Shown piece by piece: positions 37,371 to 46,211 of a stretch of DNA of 64,000 bases. Where the stretch lies: contig CAWFFN010000009.1 in NCBI GenBank assembly GCA_963815115.1, positions 480,001 through 544,000 of the forward strand, read 5' to 3'. Position 1 is the stretch's first letter, and each line of letters starts with the position of its first letter. Both the position numbers and the translations under genes were made by a program. The notes beneath the pieces were generated by a model. It had not been told where the DNA came from. It saw only the letters and a program-made list of their open reading frames with translations, and made no database searches. This DNA comes from an uncultured delta proteobacterium (GTDB lineage Bacteria > Desulfobacterota > Binatia > DP-6).

Positions 37371-39679
37371 CGACTGCGTCCCAGCCACCACGTGAAGAGC
37401 GCCTTCACCCTCGGCGTGAGCCGCGTCCGGTTGTAAGCGTCGGCGGCCTTCTTCATCACCTCGGCCTGCGTCGGGTAGGGATGGATCGTGCTCCCGATCG
37501 CCCCGAGGCCGATCCCGGCCGTCATCGCCAGGGTGAGCTCCGATATCAGGTCGCCCGCGTGGGTGGCGACCAGCGTGGCCCCGACGATCCTGTCGCTGCC
37601 CGCGCGCAGGTGAACGCGCAGGAAGCCGTCGTCCTCGCCGTCGAGGACCGCGCGGTCGACCTCGCGGAGCGGGACCGTGAGGGTGGTGACGGCGATGCCG
37701 CGCCCGGCGGCATCGTGCTCGGACAGCCCGACGTGCGCGACCTCCGGCGTGGTGTAGGTGCACCAGGGCACGTGGAGGGCGCTCGCCTTCTTCCGCCCGA
37801 AGGCGCCGAAGAGCGCGTTCTGCACGACGATGCGCGCGAGAGCGTCCGCGGTGTGGGTGAACTGGAAGCGCGATGCCACGTCGCCGGCGGCGTAGATGCG
37901 CGGGTTCGTGGTCCGCAGGTGATCGTCCACGACCACTCCCGCGGCCTCGTGGCGTACCCCCGCGGCCTCGAGCCCGAGCCCTTCCAGGTTGGGCGCGCGG
38001 CCGACGCCGACGAGGATGCGATCTCCGACCGCCTCCGACGTGGCGCCGCCCACGCCGTAGCGGACGACGACCTCCGTGCCGCGACGCTCGGCGCCCAGCA
38101 CGCGGGCTCCGTTCACCAGCCGCACGCCGTCGCGCTCCATGCGCCGCTCGACCACCGCCGCCGCATCCGCGTCCTCGCGCGGCAGCGCGTGCGGGGCGTC
38201 GTGCACGACCGTCACCTCGGCCCCGAAGCTCCGGAAGACCTGGGCCATCTCGCAGCCGATCGGACCGGCGCCGATGACGACCAGACGCCGCGGGAGCTCC
38301 GTCAGCCAGAAGACGGTCTCGTTGGTGAGGTAGCCGGTCTCCTCCAGGCCGGGGATGGGCGGAGCGGCGGCTCGCGCGCCCGTCGTGATCACGGCGCGCG
38401 CGAACTCGAGCGTTCTTCCGTCGACCTCGAGCGTGGTCGGGCTCGTGAAACGCCCGCCCCCGATGTAGACGTCGACCCCCAGCTTGGTGAAGCGTTGCAC
38501 GCCGTCGTTGGGCGCGAGCTCGGCGCGCAGGCGGCGCATGCGGGCCATCACGGCGGGGAAGTCGACCTCGACGGAGCCGACCCGGACGCCGAGCTCGCCC
38601 GCCTGGCGCGCGCTCGCGGCCGCGCGGGCGGCGGCGATGAGCGCCTTCGACGGCACGCAGCCGACGTTCAGACAGTCCCCACCGAGGAGGTGACGCTCGA
38701 CGAGCGCGACCTTCGCGCCGAGTCCCGCCGCCCCGGCGGCGGAGACCAGCCCCGCGGTTCCTCCGCCGACCGCCACCAGGTTGTAGCGCCCGCTCGGACG
38801 CGGATTCTGCCGGCCGCCGGGGTGCACGTGCGACAGCAGCGTCCGGTTGAACTCGTCGTCGGGAAGGACGAGCGGCCCGGGCGCGTGGCCGGCGACCGGC
38901 GCCGGGTGCGCTTCCTCGGCGCTGCGTTCGACCGTGGCCTCGTCCAGGGCACGCCGGGCGATGCGCGTGACGACGACCGTGACCGCCACCGTGGCGGCGA
39001 AGCCGAGGAAGGTGAGCGCCTGCTTCGCCGTTCCGCCCGAGGGCGCACCCGAGGCGAGCTGGCTCACGCTCGTGATCAGCGATCCCAGGTAGACGTACAT
39101 GACCGTGCCCGGCACCATGCCGACGAGCGAGCCGATCACGTAGTCGCGGAAGGTCACCCGGGTGAGGCCGTACGCGTAGTTGAGGAGATTGAAGGGGAAG
39201 GCAGGCGAGAGTCGCGTGAGCAGCACGATCTTCAGCCCTTCGCGGCCCACCGCGCGATCGATGGCGGCGAAACGGGCGTTGCCGGCCACGCGCGCCGCGA
39301 TCCGGTCGCGAGCCAGCGTGCGCCCGAGGAGGAACGCGACCGCGGCGCCGAGATTGGCGGACACCCAGACCAGCGGGACGCCCACGGCGACGCCGTAGGC
39401 GAAGCCGGCGCCGAGCGTGAGGATGAGTCCCGGCAGGAGGAGGATGCACGCGATGACGTAGGCGGCAACGAAGACCGCCATGCCGGCGAGCCCGGCGCCC
39501 CGGATCCAGGCGACGAAGCCCAGCAGCCAGTCGTTGACGGGGAGGAGCTTCAGGGCGCCGAGCACCGCGACCAGGACGAGAGCGAGCAGGACGAGGCGGC
39601 CCGTGCCGCCGCCCTGCGGCCGCGCCTCGGGGGATGCGAGCGTCGCTGGTCCGGGCGGGGCGCTCATGGACTCCGTCAT
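37367..39679 (-). CDS. TVP38/TMEM64 (DedA-like) membrane domain fused to a pyridine nucleotide-disulfide oxidoreductase (MerA/Lpd-like)
   Basis: LTRLSPAFPFNLLNYAYG; GGGTAG; GGDCLNVGCVPSK; GAGPIG; HPYPTQAE. Confidence 0.9.
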   Translation of the reverse strand: MTESMSAPPGPATLASPEARPQGGGTGRLVLLALVLVAVLGALKLLPVNDWLLGFVAWIRGAGLAGMAVFVAAYVIACILLLPGLILTLGAGFAYGVAVGVPLVWVSANLGAAVAFLLGRTLARDRIAARVAGNARFAAIDRAVGREGLKIVLLTRLSPAFPFNLLNYAYGLTRVTFRDYVIGSLVGMVPGTVMYVYLGSLITSVSQLASGAPSGGTAKQALTFLGFAATVAVTVVVTRIARRALDEATVERSAEEAHPAPVAGHAPGPLVLPDDEFNRTLLSHVHPGGRQNPRPSGRYNLVAVGGGTAGLVSAAGAAGLGAKVALVERHLLGGDCLNVGCVPSKALIAAARAAASARQAGELGVRVGSVEVDFPAVMARMRRLRAELAPNDGVQRFTKLGVDVYIGGGRFTSPTTLEVDGRTLEFARAVITTGARAAAPPIPGLEETGYLTNETVFWLTELPRRLVVIGAGPIGCEMAQVFRSFGAEVTVVHDAPHALPREDADAAAVVERRMERDGVRLVNGARVLGAERRGTEVVVRYGVGGATSEAVGDRILVGVGRAPNLEGLGLEAAGVRHEAAGVVVDDHLRTTNPRIYAAGDVASRFQFTHTADALARIVVQNALFGAFGRKKASALHVPWCTYTTPEVAHVGLSEHDAAGRGIAVTTLTVPLREVDRAVLDGEDDGFLRVHLRAGSDRIVGATLVATHAGDLISELTLAMTAGIGLGAIGSTIHPYPTQAEVMKKAADAYNRTRLTPRVKALFTWWLGRSR

Positions 39680-39810
39680 CGCCGTCTTCGATGACCACGG
39701 CGGATCGTCGTTCGAGGACATAGCACGCGGCGGCGCGTGCCTGCCAAGCGCTGGTCCCGTGCGCGTCGAGCGCGCGCCGCCCGGGCGCGGCGCGCTCCCG
39801 CGGCAGTTTC

Positions 39811-40545
39811 TCAGGCCTCCGGGGCGTCTCGCCGGACGGGGGTGACCCGGTTCCTCGCGATGTCGAGGTAGACCTCCTCGTAGTCCACCCGATCCGCTAT
39901 CAGACCGTGGAACGCGTTCAGCATCGCGGAGGCGACGGCGAGGTTGGTGAAGAGGAGCTGCGGCGCGCCCGCCGTCGCCAGCCGGCCGCAGCCGGGGGTG
40001 CTCGGGACGACTGCCGGAGCGTCGGCGATCTCCGGATGGTGGCGGGTGAGCGAGCTGGACAGCCAGACGCCGTCCGCGCGCCTGACGACCTGCACGTTGC
40101 CGTAGGTCCCGCTCCGCCCGGCCTCGGGCTCGACGCCGTCGTTTCCGCCCGACAGCAGCACGACGTCGCGCAGGCGCTCCACCGCCTCGGAGACCACCCG
40201 GCGGCTGGCGTGATTGTCGACGGCCAGGAACACGATCTGTCCCTCCCGGATGATCGTCCCCACGTTCTCCGGCGTCACGTACTCCGGCACGGGCTCGATC
40301 GTGACGACCTCGCCGAATGCCTGAGCCAGCTCGCGCGCCATGGCGACGGCCTTGTTCTCGAGGCTCACGAACCGCATTCGGCTCCGGTTGCTCTCCTCGA
40401 ACGCGTCGCCGTCGACGAGCGTCAGGTGGGAGAGCCGTCGCTCCGCGTGCAGGTAGTGGCAGAGGTGGCGCGCGACATGGCCGCCGATTCCGCCGCAACC
40501 GACGACGGTGATCTCAGTAGGACCACGCATATCCGTGCTTGCCAT
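39811..40545 (-). CDS. ThiF/E1-like activating enzyme (E1-b, PRTRC-type)
   Basis: VVGCGGIGG, DGD.FEESNRSR, NKA and AVDN motifs; candidate catalytic Cys in PSTPGC followed by PQL..TN. Confidence 0.88.
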   Translation of the reverse strand: MASTDMRGPTEITVVGCGGIGGHVARHLCHYLHAERRLSHLTLVDGDAFEESNRSRMRFVSLENKAVAMARELAQAFGEVVTIEPVPEYVTPENVGTIIREGQIVFLAVDNHASRRVVSEAVERLRDVVLLSGGNDGVEPEAGRSGTYGNVQVVRRADGVWLSSSLTRHHPEIADAPAVVPSTPGCGRLATAGAPQLLFTNLAVASAMLNAFHGLIADRVDYEEVYLDIARNRVTPVRRDAPEA

Positions 40546-41245
40546 CGGTCCGGCGCTCCTCGACGACCTGGATCCGCTCGAGCCATTCGGGTGGCCATGC
40601 GCGGCTCGCGTGCGCCGGCTCGAGCACCTGCTCCGGGGGGACGGGGAAGCGCGTCCCCGCGACGACGAACGCGGCGTCGAACTCGGGCAACGTCGAATCG
40701 ACGTAGCCCACCGTCACGTGCAGCCCGGTCTCGAAGAGCTCGTCGTGCTCGTCCACCAGGCTGTGGCGCGGGCTGAGCTCGGCGTGGCTGTGCATCGTGC
40801 CCAGCTTCCGCCATTCGGGCCCCGGGCGTGCGCACGGCCCGTAGCTCAGGCGCAGATCGGCGCGAAACCGCCCGTGCTCCACCCGACCGCGAATGGTCTG
40901 GGGCGGCGCTTCGACGCGATAGCGAGCCCGGCGGCCGTCGGCGGCGGGTGCGTAGAACATGAACAGCACGGCCTCGCCCTCCCAGCGATCGTAGACGGAG
41001 CGGAAGAAGCCCAGCGCCGTCTCGACGAGACTGCGGGGCAACCGGCGAGGGAGCCGGAGGTCGAGGCGTGCCTCGTGGGGAAGCAGGCCGGGAACGCCGC
41101 CGTCCACCCGGACCGTCGCAGCATACAGCTCCGTGCGCCGGTCGAGAAAGAGACCATTGCCCGCGATCACGTAGGAGGTGTCGGCGTCGGACGGTGTGAA
41201 CGCGTCGTCCTTCAGCAGCACGGGAAACATCGGCGCTGCGAGCAT
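40514..41245 (-). CDS. JAB/JAMM metallopeptidase (JAB-b, PRTRC protein A-like)
   Basis: Upstream Glu (GEAV) and an exact H-S-H-x7-S-x2-D motif (HSHAELSPRHSLVD); GLHVTVG. Confidence 0.88.
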   Translation of the reverse strand: MLAAPMFPVLLKDDAFTPSDADTSYVIAGNGLFLDRRTELYAATVRVDGGVPGLLPHEARLDLRLPRRLPRSLVETALGFFRSVYDRWEGEAVLFMFYAPAADGRRARYRVEAPPQTIRGRVEHGRFRADLRLSYGPCARPGPEWRKLGTMHSHAELSPRHSLVDEHDELFETGLHVTVGYVDSTLPEFDAAFVVAGTRFPVPPEQVLEPAHASRAWPPEWLERIQVVEERRTDGKHGYAWSY

Positions 41246-41247
41246 CG

Positions 41248-42387
41248 TCACGGCTCCAGCTGCATGAGCGTCACCAGCTGCTCGACACGCTCGACGGGAT
41301 GCCAGGGGGCCACGCGGTCCAGCATGTACTCGAGCGTGCCACCGACGGTGCGGGACGCCCGGCGCCAGTGCACCTGGAGCGCGAAGTAGGGATCGGCGCA
41401 GGTCGCCTCTTCCCACGCGTCCGCGCTCGCAAGTCGCGCGTCGATCGATGCGGCCGACTCCCAGTACGAGTTGCCCTCGTGCATCTCGGCCGAGCGGTTG
41501 AAGGCCGCGTGCCAGAAGTGATCGGTCACGGCCTTCAGGCGAGCAGACGACGACAGCCGACGCAGGCTCCGGTTGCTCAGCGCCACCAGACACACCCAGC
41601 TCTCCTGGTCCTCGTAGGCCGGCGCCTGCGCGCAGTTGAGCAGACAGGTGAAGGAGAGGTGGTCGTCGAGCGACTCGATGGGGGTGCTCCGGAAGAAGGC
41701 CTGCTGCATGCCGGTGAGCATCCCGTCGCGAAGGACCAGGAACAGCACCACCCAGGGGAACGACAGCCGGCGCTGGCGGTAGCGCGCTTCGGCCCCGAAC
41801 GCGTCCGGCGAATCGTCGGCGATCCACCGGACCACGCGAGGGCCCGGAGGCATCTCGATGACTGCCCCGAGCACCGTCCCCCCGGCGCGCTCGGCCATGA
41901 GCCGGACGTTCGGCGGGTGGACGCGCCACGTCGCCGGCCCGCTGCCCGTCGCGACGACCCGGTCGAGCAGATGGCGGACCGGCGTGGAGCCCATCATGCG
42001 ACCATCGCGGCGCCACACGGCGCTCGTGTCGGCGATCTCGATCGCCGACCGGGCGGCCCGCACGGAAGCCTGCGCGCCGGCGCCCTTCTCGCCGGCGTAC
42101 TTGACGAACTCGAGATGCTCGCCCACGGCGAGCACGTGGTCGTCCGGCACCTGACGGCCGCCTACGAGTGCCACGGCGGCGGGATGGATGCCGAAGAGTG
42201 CTGCCGCGATCGCCCGGGCCGCTCCGACGCAGCGGCCGGCGAGATCCAGGTCCTGCACGTCGGCGCCCGCGATCACGCGGACGCGTGCGGCGGCGGCGGT
42301 TCCGGCGACCGCGGGATCGGTGGCGACCGGGTCGGAGGGTGGCGCCTCGAGCGGGAGCGAAGGACGCTGCTGTTGCTGCTGTGTCAT
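41248..42387 (-). CDS. Ubiquitin-like domain (ending ...LEFVKYAGEKG) fused to a prokaryotic E2-like domain
   Basis: Beta-grasp-like segment RVRVIAG...ALVGG...LAVGEHLEFVK.AGEKG; LSFPWVVL, FFR, LLNC...WVCL, FW..AFN; ATGA coupling. Confidence 0.72.
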   Translation of the reverse strand: MTQQQQQRPSLPLEAPPSDPVATDPAVAGTAAAARVRVIAGADVQDLDLAGRCVGAARAIAAALFGIHPAAVALVGGRQVPDDHVLAVGEHLEFVKYAGEKGAGAQASVRAARSAIEIADTSAVWRRDGRMMGSTPVRHLLDRVVATGSGPATWRVHPPNVRLMAERAGGTVLGAVIEMPPGPRVVRWIADDSPDAFGAEARYRQRRLSFPWVVLFLVLRDGMLTGMQQAFFRSTPIESLDDHLSFTCLLNCAQAPAYEDQESWVCLVALSNRSLRRLSSSARLKAVTDHFWHAAFNRSAEMHEGNSYWESAASIDARLASADAWEEATCADPYFALQVHWRRASRTVGGTLEYMLDRVAPWHPVERVEQLVTLMQLEP

Positions 42388-44048
42388 CTCGGAGTTCCTC
42401 CTCGTGCCGTGTGTTCGACCTTGGTCAGGGCCTGGTCCTCGGGCAGGCGACCGGCGAGAGCGCTGCGGACGTTGTCGCGGGTGATGGAGCGACAGCGCTC
42501 GACGAAGTACGCCGTCGTGGCGGCGGTGAGGTCGTCGAGGGTGAGCGGACCGGGCTCCTCGCGGCCGGCGCGGAGATCGCGCTGCGCGAGCCGAGCGAGA
42601 AGCGGCCGCACGACGCCGTCCGCGATCGCGGCCGCCGTTGCGAGGTCGCGCGCTCCGAACGACAGCATGCGGCCGTCGGCGAGCTGCACGCGAAGCAGCT
42701 CGGCGAGCGTGCCGTTGGGCGCGAACACGAGGTCGCTCACGGCTGCCCCGAACTCGCGTGACAGGCGATCGTGAGCCGGCTTCCGGGCGTCCTCCGGGGA
42801 CGCGAGCGGGATCCGGGTGAGGCACTTCGCCACCAGCGTCGCCACCTGCGCCGCGTCCAGGGTGTGCGGCAGCTGCACGATCGGCAGGCGGCCGTCGCGC
42901 GTGAGCGCCGTGTCGAGGTAGCGGTCGGCGAGGTTGGAGATGCCGATCAGGCGGCCCTGTGAACGCGTGAGCAGCGCGAGCAGCGTGTCGAGGACGTCGA
43001 GGTAGCCGCCGTGCAGCATGAAGCCCTGGCTGCGATCGAGGGCGATGGCCTCGAGCTCGTCGATGACGAGGAGGGGCCTCACCCCGGACTCCTCCCAGGC
43101 GCGGTCGAGGGTCATGAAGTCGGCGCGGAGCCGGGCCGCGCCCTCGCCCACCCACTTGGAGAGAAACGACGAAGCGGTCCGCACCAGCGCCGTACCACCG
43201 CGAGCCCGGATGCGATCGACGAAGTAGTCGGCGAGCAGGCTCTTGCCACAGCCCGGCGGCCCGCACAGGACGGCGCCGGCAGCAGCGCGCTCGGCCTCGC
43301 CCAGCAGCGCCGCGTACGCCGGCGATGGCGGGGTCAGGAACAGTCGCTCGAGGCGCTCGATGACGTCGTCGAGGCCGACGATGTCCTCGCGCCGGACCGG
43401 ACGAGGCACGCCCATCTCCGGTGCCGCGGGCCGCTGCGCCGGTCCGAGCCGCCGCGTGACCAGCACCACGTTGCCAAGCGCAAGCCCGCCGTAGCCGAGG
43501 ACGCGGTCCTCGAAGGCGAGCGTGTCCAGATCGACGCTGTCGGCGACGACGCCGAGCAGGCGCGCCTCCTCCTGGCCGGCTTCGCGGAGCGGACGCACCA
43601 GCACGTGGCGGCCGTCGAGACGCTCGCACACGGCATAGGCGGAGCCCCCGATCAGGTACTCCCCCGCCCCGACGACCGTCTGGGCCCCGGCATCGGTGTA
43701 GACGATCTGGCCGATCCCGAGCGTCATGTCGGCGGGCCGCACCAGGACGCGCTCGGTGGGGCCGATCTGCAGGCACACCCGGCCGTTCTGCACCGCCGTC
43801 ACGATGCCACGCAGCTGCGCGCCTCCCCCGAGCATGCGCTCGAGCTGCTCGCGCGTGCCGCTGAGCTCTCGTCGAGCCGCCGCCGTGCGCGTCGCGGCAC
43901 GCAGGAGGCCGTCCGCAGCGGGGCCGAACGCGTCGAAGGCGATGCGGCGCGCCTCGGCCTGGCGCTCCGGCGGAACGTCGGGATCACACAGGACGTCGAG
44001 CAATCCGTCGATGTCGGACGGCGACTCCGTCTTGGCGCGTGACCTCAT
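42384..44048 (-). CDS. AAA+ ATPase, ARC/Mpa (proteasomal ATPase)-like
   Basis: Coiled coil and beta-rich (OB-like) N-terminus; Walker A GPPGCGKS; pore loop LSKWVGE; Walker B IDELE; ISN; TRDGRL; ARC-like insert LRVQLADGR....RDL. Confidence 0.85.
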   Translation of the reverse strand: MRSRAKTESPSDIDGLLDVLCDPDVPPERQAEARRIAFDAFGPAADGLLRAATRTAAARRELSGTREQLERMLGGGAQLRGIVTAVQNGRVCLQIGPTERVLVRPADMTLGIGQIVYTDAGAQTVVGAGEYLIGGSAYAVCERLDGRHVLVRPLREAGQEEARLLGVVADSVDLDTLAFEDRVLGYGGLALGNVVLVTRRLGPAQRPAAPEMGVPRPVRREDIVGLDDVIERLERLFLTPPSPAYAALLGEAERAAAGAVLCGPPGCGKSLLADYFVDRIRARGGTALVRTASSFLSKWVGEGAARLRADFMTLDRAWEESGVRPLLVIDELEAIALDRSQGFMLHGGYLDVLDTLLALLTRSQGRLIGISNLADRYLDTALTRDGRLPIVQLPHTLDAAQVATLVAKCLTRIPLASPEDARKPAHDRLSREFGAAVSDLVFAPNGTLAELLRVQLADGRMLSFGARDLATAAAIADGVVRPLLARLAQRDLRAGREEPGPLTLDDLTAATTAYFVERCRSITRDNVRSALAGRLPEDQALTKVEHTARGGTPR

Positions 44049-45049
44049 GTGTTGCTCCTCGGCTCTCGGTCGAGCACCCAGTAACCCGGTTCCTCCTCGA
44101 CGGTGCCGTCGGGCGTGTATCCGTAGAGCCTGACGACGCGACCGTCGGGGTAGAGGGACACGATCACGCTCGCGGCGAACGGGTCCGTGAAGGTCGTGAG
44201 ATGCGTCACGACGTCGGCGATCGAGATGATCGGCGTCTCGCCGGCCTGGTGGAGGTGCGTGTGCACCGAGCACGTGACGCTCGGCACGTCGGGGGGAGGC
44301 GCGGCCAGGAATTCGGCCCATGATCCCGCGGGAGAGACCACGGTCGAGTCGGTCGCCTCGCCGGCCCGTATCGGGACGAGCCGGTGGAGAATGCGCACGA
44401 ACGTCCGCCGCATGCGATCGAAGCCCACGCGCGCGTGCATCCTGCCGGAGGTCTCGACCCCGCGCGCCCGGCTGGCACGCTCGAGCTCGCCGAAGGCCTC
44501 CACGACGTCGGCGGACAGGAAGGTCGCCATCCACTCCCGGGATGGATTGCCCTCGGCCGTGGCACCGGCCGCGAGCGCGTCGACCGACATCGCCGGGAGC
44601 GCGGGGATGGAGACCCGCAGCGGTGGATCGGCGCACTCGGCAGCATGCAGTGAATAGGCGATCCGGGCGGTCGCTGCGCCGGTGCCGCGTGACGCACCCG
44701 TGACGTGCAACGCGCGCGCGCTCACGAAGGGTGCGAAGACGTCGCGTGGAAACTCGCCGCGGGACACCACCCGCCCGCGATCGTCGCGCAGCTCGACGAT
44801 GCAGGAGTCGAGGCAGAGGGTGCTCCCGTGTCGATCACGGAGCCGGCCGGGGCGGAACCACGCATGAGCCGATTCCGGGATCCCGAGCAGACCGTCGCGC
44901 ACGCCCACGAGCGCGGCCGTGCGCACGAGCCACTCGCAGTGGGGAAGCTCGAGCACGACCACGTCGGCCGAGCTGCCCACCACGAGCGGGAGCGACATGG
45001 CAATGCCGTCCGGCGCGGCGCCGGCGAGCGGCATCGGATGCGCGCTCAT
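44045..45049 (-). CDS. JAB/JAMM domain protein with long N-terminal region (JAB-a)
   Basis: VETSG Glu; SVHTH...ISIAD; F..PF; coupled to both neighbours. Confidence 0.75.
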   Translation of the reverse strand: MSAHPMPLAGAAPDGIAMSLPLVVGSSADVVVLELPHCEWLVRTAALVGVRDGLLGIPESAHAWFRPGRLRDRHGSTLCLDSCIVELRDDRGRVVSRGEFPRDVFAPFVSARALHVTGASRGTGAATARIAYSLHAAECADPPLRVSIPALPAMSVDALAAGATAEGNPSREWMATFLSADVVEAFGELERASRARGVETSGRMHARVGFDRMRRTFVRILHRLVPIRAGEATDSTVVSPAGSWAEFLAAPPPDVPSVTCSVHTHLHQAGETPIISIADVVTHLTTFTDPFAASVIVSLYPDGRVVRLYGYTPDGTVEEEPGYWVLDREPRSNT

Positions 45050-45050
45050 C

Positions 45051-45320
45051 TCAAAGGAGCGCGTTGGCATACTCCGGGCCGATGACGACCCGTCCGCCGG
45101 GACGGACGGCGGTGCCGACCTTCGCCATCCTGGGCAGCTCGTGGCCCTCGTGGAGCGCCGCGTAGCGCAGCGGCTTGTTCGACGCCACGTCGCGGGTGGG
45201 GAGCCGGAGCTTCGGGACCGCGGCGTCGGTCAGGCGCTCGACTGACCAGTCCTCCGGCACCGTGTCGTCGAACGACACGGCCTCGTCGTGACGTGTGAGA
45301 TGAATTGCGATTGCCTGCAT
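45051..45320 (-). CDS. Small ubiquitin-like (beta-grasp, YukD/EsaB-like) protein (Ubl-a)
   Basis: 89 aa with RBS AGGGAGG; VP.D.SV..L......L.LP......Y.....G..L.....VG..V..G..V.I.P pattern; lies between the E2 and JAB genes. Confidence 0.72.
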   Translation of the reverse strand: MQAIAIHLTRHDEAVSFDDTVPEDWSVERLTDAAVPKLRLPTRDVASNKPLRYAALHEGHELPRMAKVGTAVRPGGRVVIGPEYANALL

Positions 45321-45324
45321 GGTT

Positions 45325-45702
45325 TCACCCTCCCTGTTCGGTGTCGGTCACTGCGTCGCCGCCGGCGACGCGAAGATCCATCAGCTCGAGATAGCTGCGT
45401 GCGACGTCCTCGTCGCCGAGCGCGCGCAATCCGCGGGCGAGCTCGTGCACCTCGGCGGCCAGTGCGTCGCGCCCGTCGGGGGCGCACCGCTCGACGAGCG
45501 CGCCCGGGCCGTCGTGCCAGCCACCGGCGCAGCGCCGGAGATCCGCCGAGGCGGCGCAAAGGAATGCCCTCCTCGCGCGATCGACGACGAGGCCGCCCGG
45601 TCGTCCGAGCCTCAGGAAGAGGGGCGCCGTGATGGACGGAAGCGTCGTCGCCAGCACGCCGGCCGTGACGTCGACGATGGGAAGCGGGATCGAAGCGGTC
45701 AT
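45325..45702 (-). CDS. Hypothetical protein within the Ubl operon
   Basis: ATGA overlap with the E2 stop; ends 4 nt before the Ubl start. Confidence 0.65.
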   Translation of the reverse strand: MTASIPLPIVDVTAGVLATTLPSITAPLFLRLGRPGGLVVDRARRAFLCAASADLRRCAGGWHDGPGALVERCAPDGRDALAAEVHELARGLRALGDEDVARSYLELMDLRVAGGDAVTDTEQGG

Positions 45703-46211
45703 CGTGGGTCCGCGGGGTAGAGGGGGCGGTGATCGGCGGGTCCGTCCGGCAGGTGGCTGCGGACGTAGTCGGCGGCGACCGGGTCGACGCAGTGATCGAG
45801 GCGCCGGTTGCGGATCCGGAGGTTGTCGTAGAGCAGCTCGGCGAGCCGGTGCGGACGAACGCCCCGAACGTCGAGGCACAGGCGCTTCTCGCCGTAGTTC
45901 GGCGCGACGAAGTCGAACGGGGTCAGCACGATCGGCACGAGCGCCGCCTCGCGGTCGAACGGCCAGAGCGGCGGACATACCACCACGACCTGGAAGTCGC
46001 GCGTGGCGATGGTCGGGCCGCCATCGGTTGCGACCAGGGTCCGCACGTCACGGTAGTGCAGCAGGACGCCGTCGGCCATGCCCTGGACCTCGAGACGCCC
46101 CTGGGTTCGCCGCGCGTCGTCGTACAGGACGAGGAGCATGTTGGTGAGCGCGCGGCGGCGGATCGCGAGGCGCCCTGCCTCGAGCCTCTCGGTCTCCGGC
46201 CCGAACGTCAT
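45699..46211 (-). CDS. Ubiquitin-conjugating enzyme E2-like protein (E2-a)
   Basis: CPPLWPF (cf. P.xYP), FVAPN.....LCL (cf. FHPN...ICL), DPVAADY, P.D.RPL; ATGA coupling. Confidence 0.78.
   Translation of the reverse strand: MTFGPETERLEAGRLAIRRRALTNMLLVLYDDARRTQGRLEVQGMADGVLLHYRDVRTLVATDGGPTIATRDFQVVVVCPPLWPFDREAALVPIVLTPFDFVAPNYGEKRLCLDVRGVRPHRLAELLYDNLRIRNRRLDHCVDPVAADYVRSHLPDGPADHRPLYPADPR

Noticed and set aside
37367-39679. merA mercury-resistance gene
   Set aside because: No C-terminal Cys-Cys, no NmerA domain and no mer operon context
42384-44048. Canonical Pup-proteasome locus (arc/mpa)
   Set aside because: No pup, dop, pafA or prcAB in the window and no GQYL tail, so the gene symbol is withheld
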